DNA from: a bacterium
GTDB lineage: Bacteria > UBA8248
Assembly (NCBI GenBank): GCA_965219955.1
Contig: OZ244799.1
Coordinates: forward strand, 1,792,001-1,856,000
DNA length: 64,000 nucleotides
Direction: 5' to 3'
Position numbers and translations under genes: made by a program. Position 1 is the first letter of the stretch. Each line of letters begins with the position of its first letter. The notes beneath the pieces were generated by a model. That model had not been told where the DNA came from, did no database searches, and worked only from the letters and a program-made list of their open reading frames with translations. Shown one piece after another: positions 29,871-39,850 of the stretch.

Positions 29871-30692
29871 ATGGAAACCCAGGACTGGTATTCCGTCAAC
29901 AATTTCGCACCGGGCAGCTACCAAATCACCGAGGGGGGCCGCTTCAACATGCTTCTCCTGGAAGGAGACGACAGGGCGGTCGCCATCGACGGCGGCATCG
30001 GTATCGCGAATCTGAGGAAACTCTACGAGAGCATCACGGACAAGCCCATCGACTTCATCCTCACCCACACCCACTGGGACCACGTGGGCGCGGCCTCGCA
30101 GTGGGACAGCGTGGGCGTCCACCCCGTCGGCAAGGACCTGCTCGCCAACGATTTCTCGAAACTCGAACAGGCCTTCGTGAACATGTGGAAAAAGAACGGG
30201 AACGCCTTCCCCGACTGGTTCGACGAGGAAGCCTACGGCATCAAGCCCGCCACCTTCGGCTGGACGCTCTCTGAAGGCGACACCTTCGACCTGGGCAACA
30301 GGAAGTTCCACGTCTACGAGACGCCCGGCCACTCGCCCTGCAGCATCTCGCTCTATGACGAGCGCGAGAAGATTCTCGTCTCGGGCGACCTGATCCGCTG
30401 CGAGGAATACCTCTTCCTGCAGGTGCCCACGGCGGTGCTCTCCGACTACGCGCCCTCGCTGCGCAAGCTCGAGAAGGTCGCCGCGGAGAACGAGGTGCGC
30501 TGGATCACCTCGGGCCACACCGATCCCTACCCGGACCCCTCCATCATCGGCGAGATGGCGCAGAACATGGAGGAGCTCGAAGCCGGCGCGCACGACCCAC
30601 CCGCCAAGGTGGACGGCGGCGCGTGGGGCGAAGTGGACGAGTACGTGTTCCCCCGCGTGAAGGTGTGGATTCAGGACCACGCGAGAAAGTAA
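29871..30692 (+). CDS. MBL-fold metallo-hydrolase (paralog 1)
   Basis: THTHWDH, TPGHSP, SGD, SGH. Confidence 0.9.
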   Translation: METQDWYSVNNFAPGSYQITEGGRFNMLLLEGDDRAVAIDGGIGIANLRKLYESITDKPIDFILTHTHWDHVGAASQWDSVGVHPVGKDLLANDFSKLEQAFVNMWKKNGNAFPDWFDEEAYGIKPATFGWTLSEGDTFDLGNRKFHVYETPGHSPCSISLYDEREKILVSGDLIRCEEYLFLQVPTAVLSDYAPSLRKLEKVAAENEVRWITSGHTDPYPDPSIIGEMAQNMEELEAGAHDPPAKVDGGAWGEVDEYVFPRVKVWIQDHARK

Positions 30693-30713
30693 CCCGCGAG
30701 CAGAAAGGACGAC

Positions 30714-31529
30714 ATGGACACGCAAGGCTGGTACGACGTCACAGAGTTCGCGCCGGACACCTATCAGATATCGGAAGCCGGGCGGTGGAACATGTTCCTG
30801 CTCGTGGGCGAGGAGAAGGCGCTTTCGCTCGACGGGGGAATCGGCGTGGGGAGCGTGCGCAGGCTCTGCGAATCGATTACCGGCCTGCCCGTGGAGCACG
30901 TCCTGACCCACACGCACTGGGACCACGTGGGCGCGGTCCATGAATGGGAGTCGGTGGGCGTTCATCCCAACGGGAAGGACAAGCTCGCGAACGACTACAG
31001 CGCGGGTTGCAAGGATTTCGTGCAAACGTGGAGCGGAAAACCCTTCCCCGAGGGTTTCGACCCCGAGGCCTTCACCATACCGCCCGGCAAGTTCGGGTGG
31101 GCGGTTCAGGAAGGCGACACGATCGACCTGGGCGGCAGGAAAATCCACGTCTACGACACGCCGGGCCATTCGCCGTGCAGCATCTCCTTGTACGATGAGC
31201 GAGAGCGCGTCCTGATCACGGGCGATCTGGTGAAGCCCGGCCAGCCACTCTTCATCCAGGTGCCGACGGCCGTCCTGTCCCAGTACGGCCCCTCGATGCG
31301 CAGGCTCCAGAGAATCGCGGAAGATAACGACGCGAGGTTCGTCTGCTCGGGCCATACCGACCCGTGCGAGGATATCGCCGTTATCGGGCGGATGGCGCAG
31401 TTCGTGGAAGATGTGGCGGCGGGCGCGCACGAGCCGCCCGCCAGGGTCGAGGCCGGCAAGTGGGGCGTGGTGGACGAGTACGTTTCCGGCGACATGAAGA
31501 TATGGACGAACGACAACGCGAGAAAATAG
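30714..31529 (+). CDS. MBL-fold metallo-hydrolase (paralog 2)
   Basis: Same motifs; colinear with paralog 1. Confidence 0.9.
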   Translation: MDTQGWYDVTEFAPDTYQISEAGRWNMFLLVGEEKALSLDGGIGVGSVRRLCESITGLPVEHVLTHTHWDHVGAVHEWESVGVHPNGKDKLANDYSAGCKDFVQTWSGKPFPEGFDPEAFTIPPGKFGWAVQEGDTIDLGGRKIHVYDTPGHSPCSISLYDERERVLITGDLVKPGQPLFIQVPTAVLSQYGPSMRRLQRIAEDNDARFVCSGHTDPCEDIAVIGRMAQFVEDVAAGAHEPPARVEAGKWGVVDEYVSGDMKIWTNDNARK

Positions 31530-31539
31530 CGGAGGGTAA

Positions 31540-33492
31540 ATGCAAGTGAACGCTTCTGACATCATCTGGCGGCCGGATGAGGATTTTCTGACGAACAGCC
31601 ACGTCGCCAGGCTGATGAAAAAGCTCGGCATCTCCGATTACCGCGAGTTCCTCCGGTGGTCCATCGAGGACATCCGGCGCTTCTGGGAGGTCGTCTTGGA
31701 TGACATGGGGCTCGAATGGTACCGGCCCTACGACGAGTTGCTCGACCTGAGCGGCGGCTTCCCGTGGGCGAAGTGGTTCATCGGCGGGGAGACGAACATT
31801 GTTCTGAACTGCATCGACCGCCACCTAGAGGGCGGGAGGGAGGACCAGACCGCCCTCGTCTGGGAGAGCGACGGCGGCGAGGTGCGGACGTTCACCTACG
31901 CCGAACTCTCCGCGGAAGTATCGCGCCTTGCGAACGCCATGCGCGGGATGGGCCTCAAACCCGGCGACGTGGCGGGCGTGTTCCTCCCCATGGTGCCCGA
32001 AGCCGCCATCGTCATGTACGCGTGCTTCAAGACGGGGGTGGCCGTGCTGCCCGTCTTCTCGGGCTTCGGCCCCGAAGGGCTGGCCGAGCGGTTGATACAC
32101 GCGGAAGCGCGCATCCTCTTCACGGTGGACGGGGCCGTGCGCCGGGGCAAGAAGGTGCCCTTGAAAGGCACGGCGGACGCGGCTTTGGAGCGCGGCACGA
32201 AGGTGGAGAAAGTCGTGGTGCTCACGCGCTCGGGCGATGAGGTCCCCATGAAAGCGGGGCGCGACGTCACCTGGGATGATTTCGTTGCGGGGCAATCCCC
32301 GCAAGCCGAGACCGAGCGGCTCCCCGCCGACGCCGTCTCGATGATCATGTACACCTCGGGCACCACCGGAAAGCCCAAGGGCACCGTCTACACCCACGCA
32401 GGATTGATGAGCGGCCCGGGGCGCGAACTCAAGTACTGCCTCGACATGCGCGACGGCGACACGGTCTTCTGGGTCACGGATTTCGGCTGGGTCATGGCGC
32501 CCTATGAACTCGTGGGTTCTCACTTCAACGGCCATTCGTGCCAGCTCTACGAGAGCGTGCCGAACCACCCGGCGCCCGATCGCTTATGGCAGATCATCGC
32601 GAGGAACGGCGTCACCCACCTGGGGCTTTCCCCGACGGCGGTGCGCGTGCTGATCAGCGCGGGCGATGAATGGGTGGAAAAGCACGACCTCTCCTCCTTG
32701 CGCGTGCTGGGCTCCACGGGCGAACCCTGGGACCCGGAATCCTACATGTGGTATTTCGAAAAGGTGGGCGGCGGCAGGTGCCCCATCATGAACATATCGG
32801 GCGGCACCGAGATCGGCGCCTGTCTCTTACAACCCCTGCCCGTCATGGACCTCTCCCCCTGCACGCTGGGCGCGCCCGCCATGGGCACGGACGCCGACGT
32901 GTTCGGCGAGGACGCCAAGCCCATTCGCGGCGAGGTGGGCCACCTGGTGCTCAAACAGCCCATCCCCTCGCTCACCAACGGCTTCTGGAAGGAGCCGGAC
33001 CGCTACCTCGAGACCTATTTCTCGCGCTGGGAGGGCGTATGGTACCACGGCGACTGGGCCAAGGTGGACGAGCAGGGGCTGTGGTATCTCTACGGGCGGT
33101 CTGACGACACCATCAAGGTATCGGGCAAGCGCGTGGGGCCGAACGAAATCGAGTCCGAACTCATCAAGCACCCCGGCGTCATCGAGGCCGCCGTCGTGGG
33201 GACGCCCCACCCGGTGAAGGGAGAGGGCCTCACCTGCTTCGTCGTCATGCACGATTCCTTTGAGCTGAACGACGCCCTGCGCGAGGAATTGAAAGACCAG
33301 GCGGTGGAGTATCTCGGCAAGAGCCTGCGGCCCGATGAGGTCCGCTTCGTCAAAGCCCTGCCCAAGACGCGCTCCGCTAAAATCGTGCGCGGCGCCATCA
33401 AGAAAGTGTATCTCGGCGAACAGGTGGACCACATGGACCTGAACTCGCTCGAAAACCCCGCGCACCTGGACGCCATCCGGGAAGCGGTGTAG
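31540..33492 (+). CDS. Acetate/acyl-CoA ligase (AMP-forming), paralog 1
   Basis: YTSGTTGKPKG, GSTGEPWD, SGGTE, GRSDD, LPKTRSAKI. Confidence 0.92.
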   Translation: MQVNASDIIWRPDEDFLTNSHVARLMKKLGISDYREFLRWSIEDIRRFWEVVLDDMGLEWYRPYDELLDLSGGFPWAKWFIGGETNIVLNCIDRHLEGGREDQTALVWESDGGEVRTFTYAELSAEVSRLANAMRGMGLKPGDVAGVFLPMVPEAAIVMYACFKTGVAVLPVFSGFGPEGLAERLIHAEARILFTVDGAVRRGKKVPLKGTADAALERGTKVEKVVVLTRSGDEVPMKAGRDVTWDDFVAGQSPQAETERLPADAVSMIMYTSGTTGKPKGTVYTHAGLMSGPGRELKYCLDMRDGDTVFWVTDFGWVMAPYELVGSHFNGHSCQLYESVPNHPAPDRLWQIIARNGVTHLGLSPTAVRVLISAGDEWVEKHDLSSLRVLGSTGEPWDPESYMWYFEKVGGGRCPIMNISGGTEIGACLLQPLPVMDLSPCTLGAPAMGTDADVFGEDAKPIRGEVGHLVLKQPIPSLTNGFWKEPDRYLETYFSRWEGVWYHGDWAKVDEQGLWYLYGRSDDTIKVSGKRVGPNEIESELIKHPGVIEAAVVGTPHPVKGEGLTCFVVMHDSFELNDALREELKDQAVEYLGKSLRPDEVRFVKALPKTRSAKIVRGAIKKVYLGEQVDHMDLNSLENPAHLDAIREAV

Positions 33493-33494
33493 CC

Positions 33495-35438
33495 ATGCCC
33501 GAAGACATCATCTGGCGGCCGAACGAGGATTTTCTGGAAAACTCGAACGTCGCCCGCTTCATGAAGAAACAGGGTCTCGCGAGCTATGAGGCGCTGATCG
33601 ATTTCTTCCGGGAAGACGTCGGACGCTTCTGGTCGGCCATCGAGAAGGACATGGGCGTCTCCTGGTACAGGCTGTATGACGAGATCATGGACGCATCGGG
33701 CGGCCTGCCCTGGACGAAGTGGTTCCTGGGGGGCGAGCTCAACATCGTCCACAACTGCATCGACAGGCACCTTGAGACCTCCAAGCGCGACAGGACGGCC
33801 CTCATCTGGGAAGGCGACGGCGGCGAGGTGCGCCGCTACACCTACGCCGAGATGAACACCCACGTCTGCCGCCTGGCGAACGCCATGCGCGCGATGGGGA
33901 TGCGGCCCGGCGACAGCGCCGGCATCTTCATGCCCATGCTGCCGGAGACGGTGTTCGCCATGTTCGCGTGTCTCAAGATCGGCGTCGTGGCGATCCCCAT
34001 CTTCTCGGGCTTCGGCCCCGAGGCCGTCGCCGAGCGTCTCGACCACGCCGACGCGCGGCTCGTCTTCACGTCGAACGGCGGGATGCGCCGTGGCAGGGAG
34101 ATCGGCGTGAAGACCCTGATGGACAAGGCCCTGGACCTCGGAACCCGGGTCGAGAAAGTCGTGGTCTTCAGAAGGACGGATACGGACGTTCCCATGCAGG
34201 CCGGGCGCGACGTCGATTGGGAGGAGTTCATCGAGGGCCATCCCGACGATGCCGAAACCGAGCGCCTGCCCGCCGAGGCCCTCTCCCTCATCATCTACAC
34301 CTCGGGCACGACGGGAAAGCCGAAAGGCTCGGTGCACACCCACGCGGGCTGCATGCTCAACGTGGCCAAGGAGATCCGCTACTGCATGGACCTGCGCGAT
34401 TCGGACACCCTTTTCTGGGTGACGGACATCGGCTGGATGATGGGGCCCTGGAAGATGATAGGCGTCCAGTTCGGGGGCGGAACGTATCTCATCTACGAGG
34501 GCGCGCCCAACTGGCCCGAGCCCGACAGGCTGTGGAAGATGCTGAGCGACCACAAGGTTTCCATCTTCGGGGTCTCGCCCACCGCCGTGCGGCTGCTCAT
34601 CAGCGCGGGCGATGAATGGGTGGAAAAACACGACCTCTCCTCCCTGCGCGTGCTGGGCTCCACGGGCGAGCCCTGGGACCCGGAATCCTACATGTGGTTC
34701 TTCGAAAAGGTGGGCGGCGGCAGGTGCCCCGTCATGAACATATCGGGCGGCACCGAGCTTTGCGGCTGCATATTGCAGCCCTACCCCATCGTCCCGCTCA
34801 CGCCCTGCTCGCTCGGCGGCCCGGCCCTGGGTTCCGACGCCGACGTGTTCAACGAGGAGGGCGAGCCCGTGCGCGGGGAGATCGGCCACCTCGTGCTCAA
34901 ACAGCCCGTCCCCTCGATGACCAAGGGCTTCCTGAAAGACGATGCGCGCTTCCTGGAAACCTATTTCTCGCGCTGGCCGGACGTCTGGTACCACGGCGAC
35001 TGGGCGCGCCTGGACGAGGACGGGCAGTGGTATCTCTTCGGGCGTTCGGACGACACCATCAACGTCGCGGGCAAGCGCGTGGGACCCGCCGAGGTGGAGT
35101 CCGCCCTCATCAGGCATCCCGCCGTGGTGGAGGCCGCCGTCATCGGCGCGCCGCACCCCATCAAGGGCGAGGGTCTTTGCTGTTTCGTGGTGCTGGTCGG
35201 GGGCCATGAGCCGAGCGACGCGCTCCGTGAGGCGCTCAAGGAAGAGACCGTGAAATATCTCGGAAAGAGTTTAAGGCCAGATGAGGTCAGGTTCGTCGAG
35301 GCGCTGCCCAAGACGCGCTCGGCCAAGATCGTGCGCGCCGCCATCAAGAAAGTCTATATGGGCGAGGACCCGGCCAACATCGATACGTCATCCATCGAGG
35401 TGCCGGAGTTTTTACGCGCGATCACAGAGGCGCGATGA
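33495..35438 (+). CDS. Acetate/acyl-CoA ligase (AMP-forming), paralog 2
   Basis: Same motifs; colinear with paralog 1. Confidence 0.92.
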   Translation: MPEDIIWRPNEDFLENSNVARFMKKQGLASYEALIDFFREDVGRFWSAIEKDMGVSWYRLYDEIMDASGGLPWTKWFLGGELNIVHNCIDRHLETSKRDRTALIWEGDGGEVRRYTYAEMNTHVCRLANAMRAMGMRPGDSAGIFMPMLPETVFAMFACLKIGVVAIPIFSGFGPEAVAERLDHADARLVFTSNGGMRRGREIGVKTLMDKALDLGTRVEKVVVFRRTDTDVPMQAGRDVDWEEFIEGHPDDAETERLPAEALSLIIYTSGTTGKPKGSVHTHAGCMLNVAKEIRYCMDLRDSDTLFWVTDIGWMMGPWKMIGVQFGGGTYLIYEGAPNWPEPDRLWKMLSDHKVSIFGVSPTAVRLLISAGDEWVEKHDLSSLRVLGSTGEPWDPESYMWFFEKVGGGRCPVMNISGGTELCGCILQPYPIVPLTPCSLGGPALGSDADVFNEEGEPVRGEIGHLVLKQPVPSMTKGFLKDDARFLETYFSRWPDVWYHGDWARLDEDGQWYLFGRSDDTINVAGKRVGPAEVESALIRHPAVVEAAVIGAPHPIKGEGLCCFVVLVGGHEPSDALREALKEETVKYLGKSLRPDEVRFVEALPKTRSAKIVRAAIKKVYMGEDPANIDTSSIEVPEFLRAITEAR

Positions 35439-35439
35439 A

Positions 35440-35697
35440 GTGTCGCTCCTGAACTGCCCCGAATGCGGGGGGCTCCTGAGCACCGAAGCCAGAGAGTGTC
35501 CCCACTGCGGCTATCCGCTCAGGAAAGGCAGCATCGCGGGCGTCTTCAAAGCCATCGCCCAGATCCCGTGTTTCGTCGCGGGCCTGATCCTCATCTTCAT
35601 CATCTTGTTCTTCGGCCTGGTGCTGCTCGACGTCTACTACTTCCACGGCCTGCTCTTCAAGTTGTTCGGGATCGAGGGAGGCGTCACCACGTTCTAG
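35440..35697 (+). CDS. Small zinc-ribbon membrane protein
   Basis: CPECG..CPHCGYP followed by a hydrophobic segment; GTG start. Confidence 0.7.
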   Translation: MSLLNCPECGGLLSTEARECPHCGYPLRKGSIAGVFKAIAQIPCFVAGLILIFIILFFGLVLLDVYYFHGLLFKLFGIEGGVTTF

Positions 35698-35707
35698 GGT
35701 GACCGCA

Positions 35708-36595
35708 CGGGGTTGTTGAAGAGCCCGGCGCACGTCAACTACGGCGATTTCTCTCCACCAAATAGAATTTCAAATCAACTCCCCCCTTGAGGGGGAGTCG
35801 AAGAGCTGAGGGCGTAAGCCCGAAAGCGATTCGGTGGGGGGTATAAGTCGGACTGACAAGAAAACGCATTTTACCCCCCACCGCATCAGCCTTCGCATAA
35901 ACCGCTCGGCTTCTGCGACTCCCCCTCAAGGGGGGAGTGAAGTTCAAAATCCGCCCGTCGCTCAAATTCACACAAATACAGGACAGGCACAGGGGCCTGT
36001 CCCTACAGCCCTTGCGGTTTTGCCCTCCTCACCCTGAAAACCAACCCCCCTACCCCCCCTTGTCAGGGGGGTATGAAAAGTCGATGCCCCCGGCGAGGGG
36101 GTATGAAAAAGCGACGCCCGCCGCTCCGCCTCACCCTGAGTAGCGGCGAAGCCGCGTATCGAAGGGCGAAATTCGCGCTCCCCATCCTTCGATACGGCGC
36201 TTACGCGCCTACTCAGGATGAGGGTTTGGGACAACCGATGAAAGAGCAAGAAACACTCCATCCTTGCAGAGCACTCAACAATCACTCCCCCCTTGAGGGT
36301 CGGGCTTCCCGAGGGGGGAGTGAACTTCAAAAGCCGCCCGTCGGTCATATTCACCCCGATACAGGACAGGCACGGGGGCCTGTCCCTATAGCCCTTGTGG
36401 TTTTGCCCTCCTCGCCCTGAAAACCAACCCCCCCTACCCCCCCTTGTCAGGGGGGTATGAAAGAGCAAACCCTCCACCACAGCGGCGGAGGGCGAGGCCT
36501 TTTTTTACCCCCCTGACAAGGGGGGTAGGGGGGGGTTGCCTTTATCCCCTGAGGAGAGGGGTACTCCCTTGACAACGCCTTTTTCAACCACCTCG
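35708..36595. repeat. 0.9-kb repeat mosaic containing a reversed 162-bp element and a duplicated ~150-bp composite
   Basis: Element at 35778-35939; 35929-36079 repeated at 36312-36462; cctcaccctgagtag family at 36129-36223; inverted pair at 36426-36540. Confidence 0.85.
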
Positions 36596-36677
36596 CAAAC
36601 CCGCCCCCGCGCTTGTTCCCGGCCCCCCGAATCGCTAAGCTGGCGCTTCATATCGTCAAAGGCAAGCAGGGGACGTT

Positions 36678-37427
36678 TTGGACTACACGGCGCATCAGCT
36701 TCTCGCATTCGGGATCACCGCCTTTTTCGTCGGCTTTCTGAAAACCACCTTCAGTTCCGGTATCGGCATCCTTCTCGTTCCGATCATGATCATGTTCTGG
36801 CCCACGCGGTTCATCATCGGAATCGTGGCCGTCATCATGTGGGTGACGGATTTTTTCGCCATCCCCATGTTCTGGAAGCAGTGGGAGAGCCGCTTCCTGC
36901 GCTACCTGGTGCCCGGCTTCTACATCGGCATCATCATCGGCGTCTACTGGCTGGTGACCCTGCCCGATTTCTGGCTGAGAAAGGGGATCGGCTTGACCTG
37001 CGTCCTCTTCGCCGTGGTGCTCTTCTGGCGAGAGGCGCGTGGCGAGATGAAGCCCCCGCCCATCAGCCTGCCTGCGGGGGTGGGCATCGGTGTGGGCGGC
37101 GGCATCATCAGCGCCATGTTCCACTCGGGCGGCCTCGTGCTGAGCCTTTTCTTCATCAGCCAGGGAATGTCCAAGACGGCGGTGGTGGCGAGCATCCTCG
37201 TCGTCTGGTTCTGCGTGAACCCCTTCAAGGTCGCCTCGCTGTGGTACGGGGGCGTCGTGCAGACGCCCATGCTCGTGGCGGGCGCGCTCGCCTTCCCCCT
37301 CGCCTGGGCCGGAAGCTGGTGCGGCAAACAGGCGCTCAGTAAAATCCCCCAGAAGGGATTCACCTACATCCTCCTGCTCCTGTCCCTCATCACGGCTCTC
37401 CGCCTTCTGCTCGAATCGAACCCGTGA
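36678..37427 (+). CDS. TauE/SafE sulfite exporter family protein
   Basis: About 250 aa, hydrophobic; VGFLKTTFSSGIG, GGIISAMFHSGG. Confidence 0.75.
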   Translation: MDYTAHQLLAFGITAFFVGFLKTTFSSGIGILLVPIMIMFWPTRFIIGIVAVIMWVTDFFAIPMFWKQWESRFLRYLVPGFYIGIIIGVYWLVTLPDFWLRKGIGLTCVLFAVVLFWREARGEMKPPPISLPAGVGIGVGGGIISAMFHSGGLVLSLFFISQGMSKTAVVASILVVWFCVNPFKVASLWYGGVVQTPMLVAGALAFPLAWAGSWCGKQALSKIPQKGFTYILLLLSLITALRLLLESNP

Positions 37428-38173
37428 TGCCGGATTTCACCTGGGTCGAGTGGGGCTTCGTTCTCGCGGCGGCGTTTTGCAACGGCTTTCTGGTGCGCAC
37501 GTTCGGGGCGGGCGTGGGACTGGTGATCACGCCGTTCCTCATCTTCGCGTTCTCGCCCTCTTTTTCGCTCGGCCTCATCGCGCTGTTCAGCTGCTGGTCG
37601 GGCCTGGGGTCGGCGCCCCATTTCTGGGGGAAATGGAACCTGCGCTACGTGTTTCTCTTAGCGCCCGGCATCGTGGTCGGGCTGGCCTGCGGCGTCTGGC
37701 TGCTCACCTGGCTGCCGGGCGCGGGTCTGAAAATGCTGATCGGCGCCATCTGCTTCTCCCTCGCCGCCTACCAGGCGCTCATCGAGATCAGGGGCAGGCC
37801 CTTCGAGATCCCTCCCCTGCCGATGTGGCAGGGCGGGGGCTTCGGCGTCATGAGCGGACTCTGCTCGGCACTCGCCAACAGCGGGGCGATCTTCCTCACC
37901 CCCGTCCTCATCAGCCAGCGACTGGAAAAACTCACGCTTGTGAGCACGATATGGGCGCTCTACACGGTGATGAACCCCGTCAAGGTGGTCGCCTTCTGGC
38001 AGGTGTCCGTCGTCACCTGGGACACCATCTGGGCGACCGTGGCCGGCCTGCCCGTCCTGTGGCTCGGCATCATGGCGGGCGCATGGGTGCAGGAGAGGCT
38101 CAGCGGGCGCACGTTCAACCTGTGCGTGCTGAGCATCGCCCTGGGAGGTTCGATACGGCTGCTGCTCGTTTAG
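37424..38173 (+). CDS. TauE/SafE sulfite exporter family protein (paralog)
   Basis: GFLVRTFGAGVG, SGLCSALANSG; GTGA overlap with the upstream gene. Confidence 0.75.
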   Translation: MMPDFTWVEWGFVLAAAFCNGFLVRTFGAGVGLVITPFLIFAFSPSFSLGLIALFSCWSGLGSAPHFWGKWNLRYVFLLAPGIVVGLACGVWLLTWLPGAGLKMLIGAICFSLAAYQALIEIRGRPFEIPPLPMWQGGGFGVMSGLCSALANSGAIFLTPVLISQRLEKLTLVSTIWALYTVMNPVKVVAFWQVSVVTWDTIWATVAGLPVLWLGIMAGAWVQERLSGRTFNLCVLSIALGGSIRLLLV

Positions 38174-38313
38174 GGAACGCTCGGGAATTATATGCTTGAA
38201 TTGGCAACTTCTTCTGAGCGGTCAATCCGTAAAGAATCCAGCAACCACTCCCTCATTCTTGAGTTGTTCTCACTCCCCCCTTGAGGGGCATCGGCAACCG
38301 AGAAGAAAGGAAT

Positions 38314-38476
38314 CACTCCCCCCCGGAGGGGGAGTCAGTGAAGCCGAGCGATTTTTGCGAAGGCTGAACTGGTGGGGGGGGAAAGTGCGTTTTATCGCCA
38401 CCCGAATTATACCCCCCACCGAATCGCTTTCGGGCTTACGCCCTCAGCTCTTCGACTCCCCCTCAAGGGGGGAGTG
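38314..38476 (+). mobile_element. 162-bp MITE-like element
   Basis: Same ends and interior as 20349-20510; flanked by further repeat fragments across 38271-38533. Confidence 0.8.
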
Positions 38477-38578
38477 ATTCCTCTCTCCTCGGGATTTTTC
38501 AACACCCCCGACAACGGGGGTTGGGGGGTTGGCCGGTCAAATATATAATCCCCCCAAAAACCGCATGGAGGATCGACA

Positions 38579-39691
38579 ATGAGCACGACGCCGCAAGCCG
38601 CGAAAACGCCCCTGCCGGTCTCGGAATCCAGCATCGGCATGGTGGACGCGGATATCCACCACGTACCGCCCTCGCTCGACGCGCTCAAGCCCTACCTGCC
38701 GCTCGTCTGGCGAAACTACGTGGAAGAAACCGACTACACGAAACTGCCCAACGCGCCCTATCCCAAGACGGCGGGGGGCGGCGTCCGCAAGGACGCCATA
38801 CCGCCGGACGGCCCGGCCGGTTCGAGTCTCGCCATGCTCCAGGAGCAGGTGCTGGACGCCTATGGCGTGAGCTACGGGGTCCTGAACGGCGCGTATTACA
38901 ACGTCTCCTTCATGGGAATCCCCGAATTCGGCGCGGCTCTGGCAAGCGCGCACAACGACTGGACGATCGAGCACTGGCTCGAAAAGGACGAGCGCCTGCG
39001 CGGCGCCATCACCGTCTCGCATCAGGACCCCCAGCACGCCGTGGACGAGATAAAGCGCGTCGGCGGGCGCGACGACATGGCGCAGGTGCTCTTCCCGGCG
39101 GGTTCGCACGCCCCCTACGGGCAGCGGCGCTACCACCCCATCTACGCGGCGGCGGAAGAGCGCGGGCTGCCTATCGGCATCCATTTCGGCGGTACGGGCG
39201 CGGGCAACGCGCCGCCGCCCACGGCTTCGGGCTGGCCCACCTACTACATCGAGTGGCACACGGCGATGAGCCAGGCCTTCATGACGCACGTCGTGAGCTT
39301 CATCTGCGAGGGCGTGTTCGAGTTTTTCCCGAAGCTCAAGGTCGTGCTCATCGAGGGGGGCCTCTCCTGGATTCCGGGGCTGCTCTGGCGGCTGGACAAG
39401 AACTACCGGGGGATGCGCGCCGAGGTGCCCTGGCTCAGGAAGCTGCCGAGCGAGTATTTTTACGAGCACTTCCGGGTGACGAGCCAGCCCATCGAGGAGC
39501 CGGATAAGGACGAGCACCTCGTCCGGATATTCGAGATGGTCCACGCCGAGAAAATCCTGCTCTTCGCCACCGACTACCCCCACTGGGACTTCGACTCCCC
39601 CGTCCACGCCCTCCCGCGCCAGGTGGACGCAGACCTCCGCGCGCGCATCATGCGCGACAACGCGGTGGAGTTGTACGGGTTGGGGGGTTAG
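38579..39691 (+). CDS. Amidohydrolase_2 family protein
   Basis: [26 protein letters not shown]. Confidence 0.9.
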   Translation: MSTTPQAAKTPLPVSESSIGMVDADIHHVPPSLDALKPYLPLVWRNYVEETDYTKLPNAPYPKTAGGGVRKDAIPPDGPAGSSLAMLQEQVLDAYGVSYGVLNGAYYNVSFMGIPEFGAALASAHNDWTIEHWLEKDERLRGAITVSHQDPQHAVDEIKRVGGRDDMAQVLFPAGSHAPYGQRRYHPIYAAAEERGLPIGIHFGGTGAGNAPPPTASGWPTYYIEWHTAMSQAFMTHVVSFICEGVFEFFPKLKVVLIEGGLSWIPGLLWRLDKNYRGMRAEVPWLRKLPSEYFYEHFRVTSQPIEEPDKDEHLVRIFEMVHAEKILLFATDYPHWDFDSPVHALPRQVDADLRARIMRDNAVELYGLGG

Positions 39692-39697
39692 TAGATT

Positions 39698-39726
39698 TTG
39701 ACGGGGTTTGGTGGATCAATTATAGT
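39698..39726 (+). promoter_or_regulatory. Putative sigma70 promoter of the defence island
   Basis: TTGACG-17 nt-TATAGT. Confidence 0.65.
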
Positions 39727-39850
39727 TAGAGTGCGACTCAATCCAGCAACTACTGTCTGCTAGGATGTGTTAGAAGTAATCGCATATTCGTCAAAATTCA
39801 TCGAATTTTTACAGCATAAACCCTAAAAATTCTGCGAATGTGAGGGAAAT

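Noticed and set aside
35735-36708. Small ORFs with recurring peptides such as GTGLRACP, TPPLRGS and PPYPPLSGG (also 15167-15788, 27842-28084, 54776-55347)
   Set aside because: Translations of the palindromic repeats, not genes
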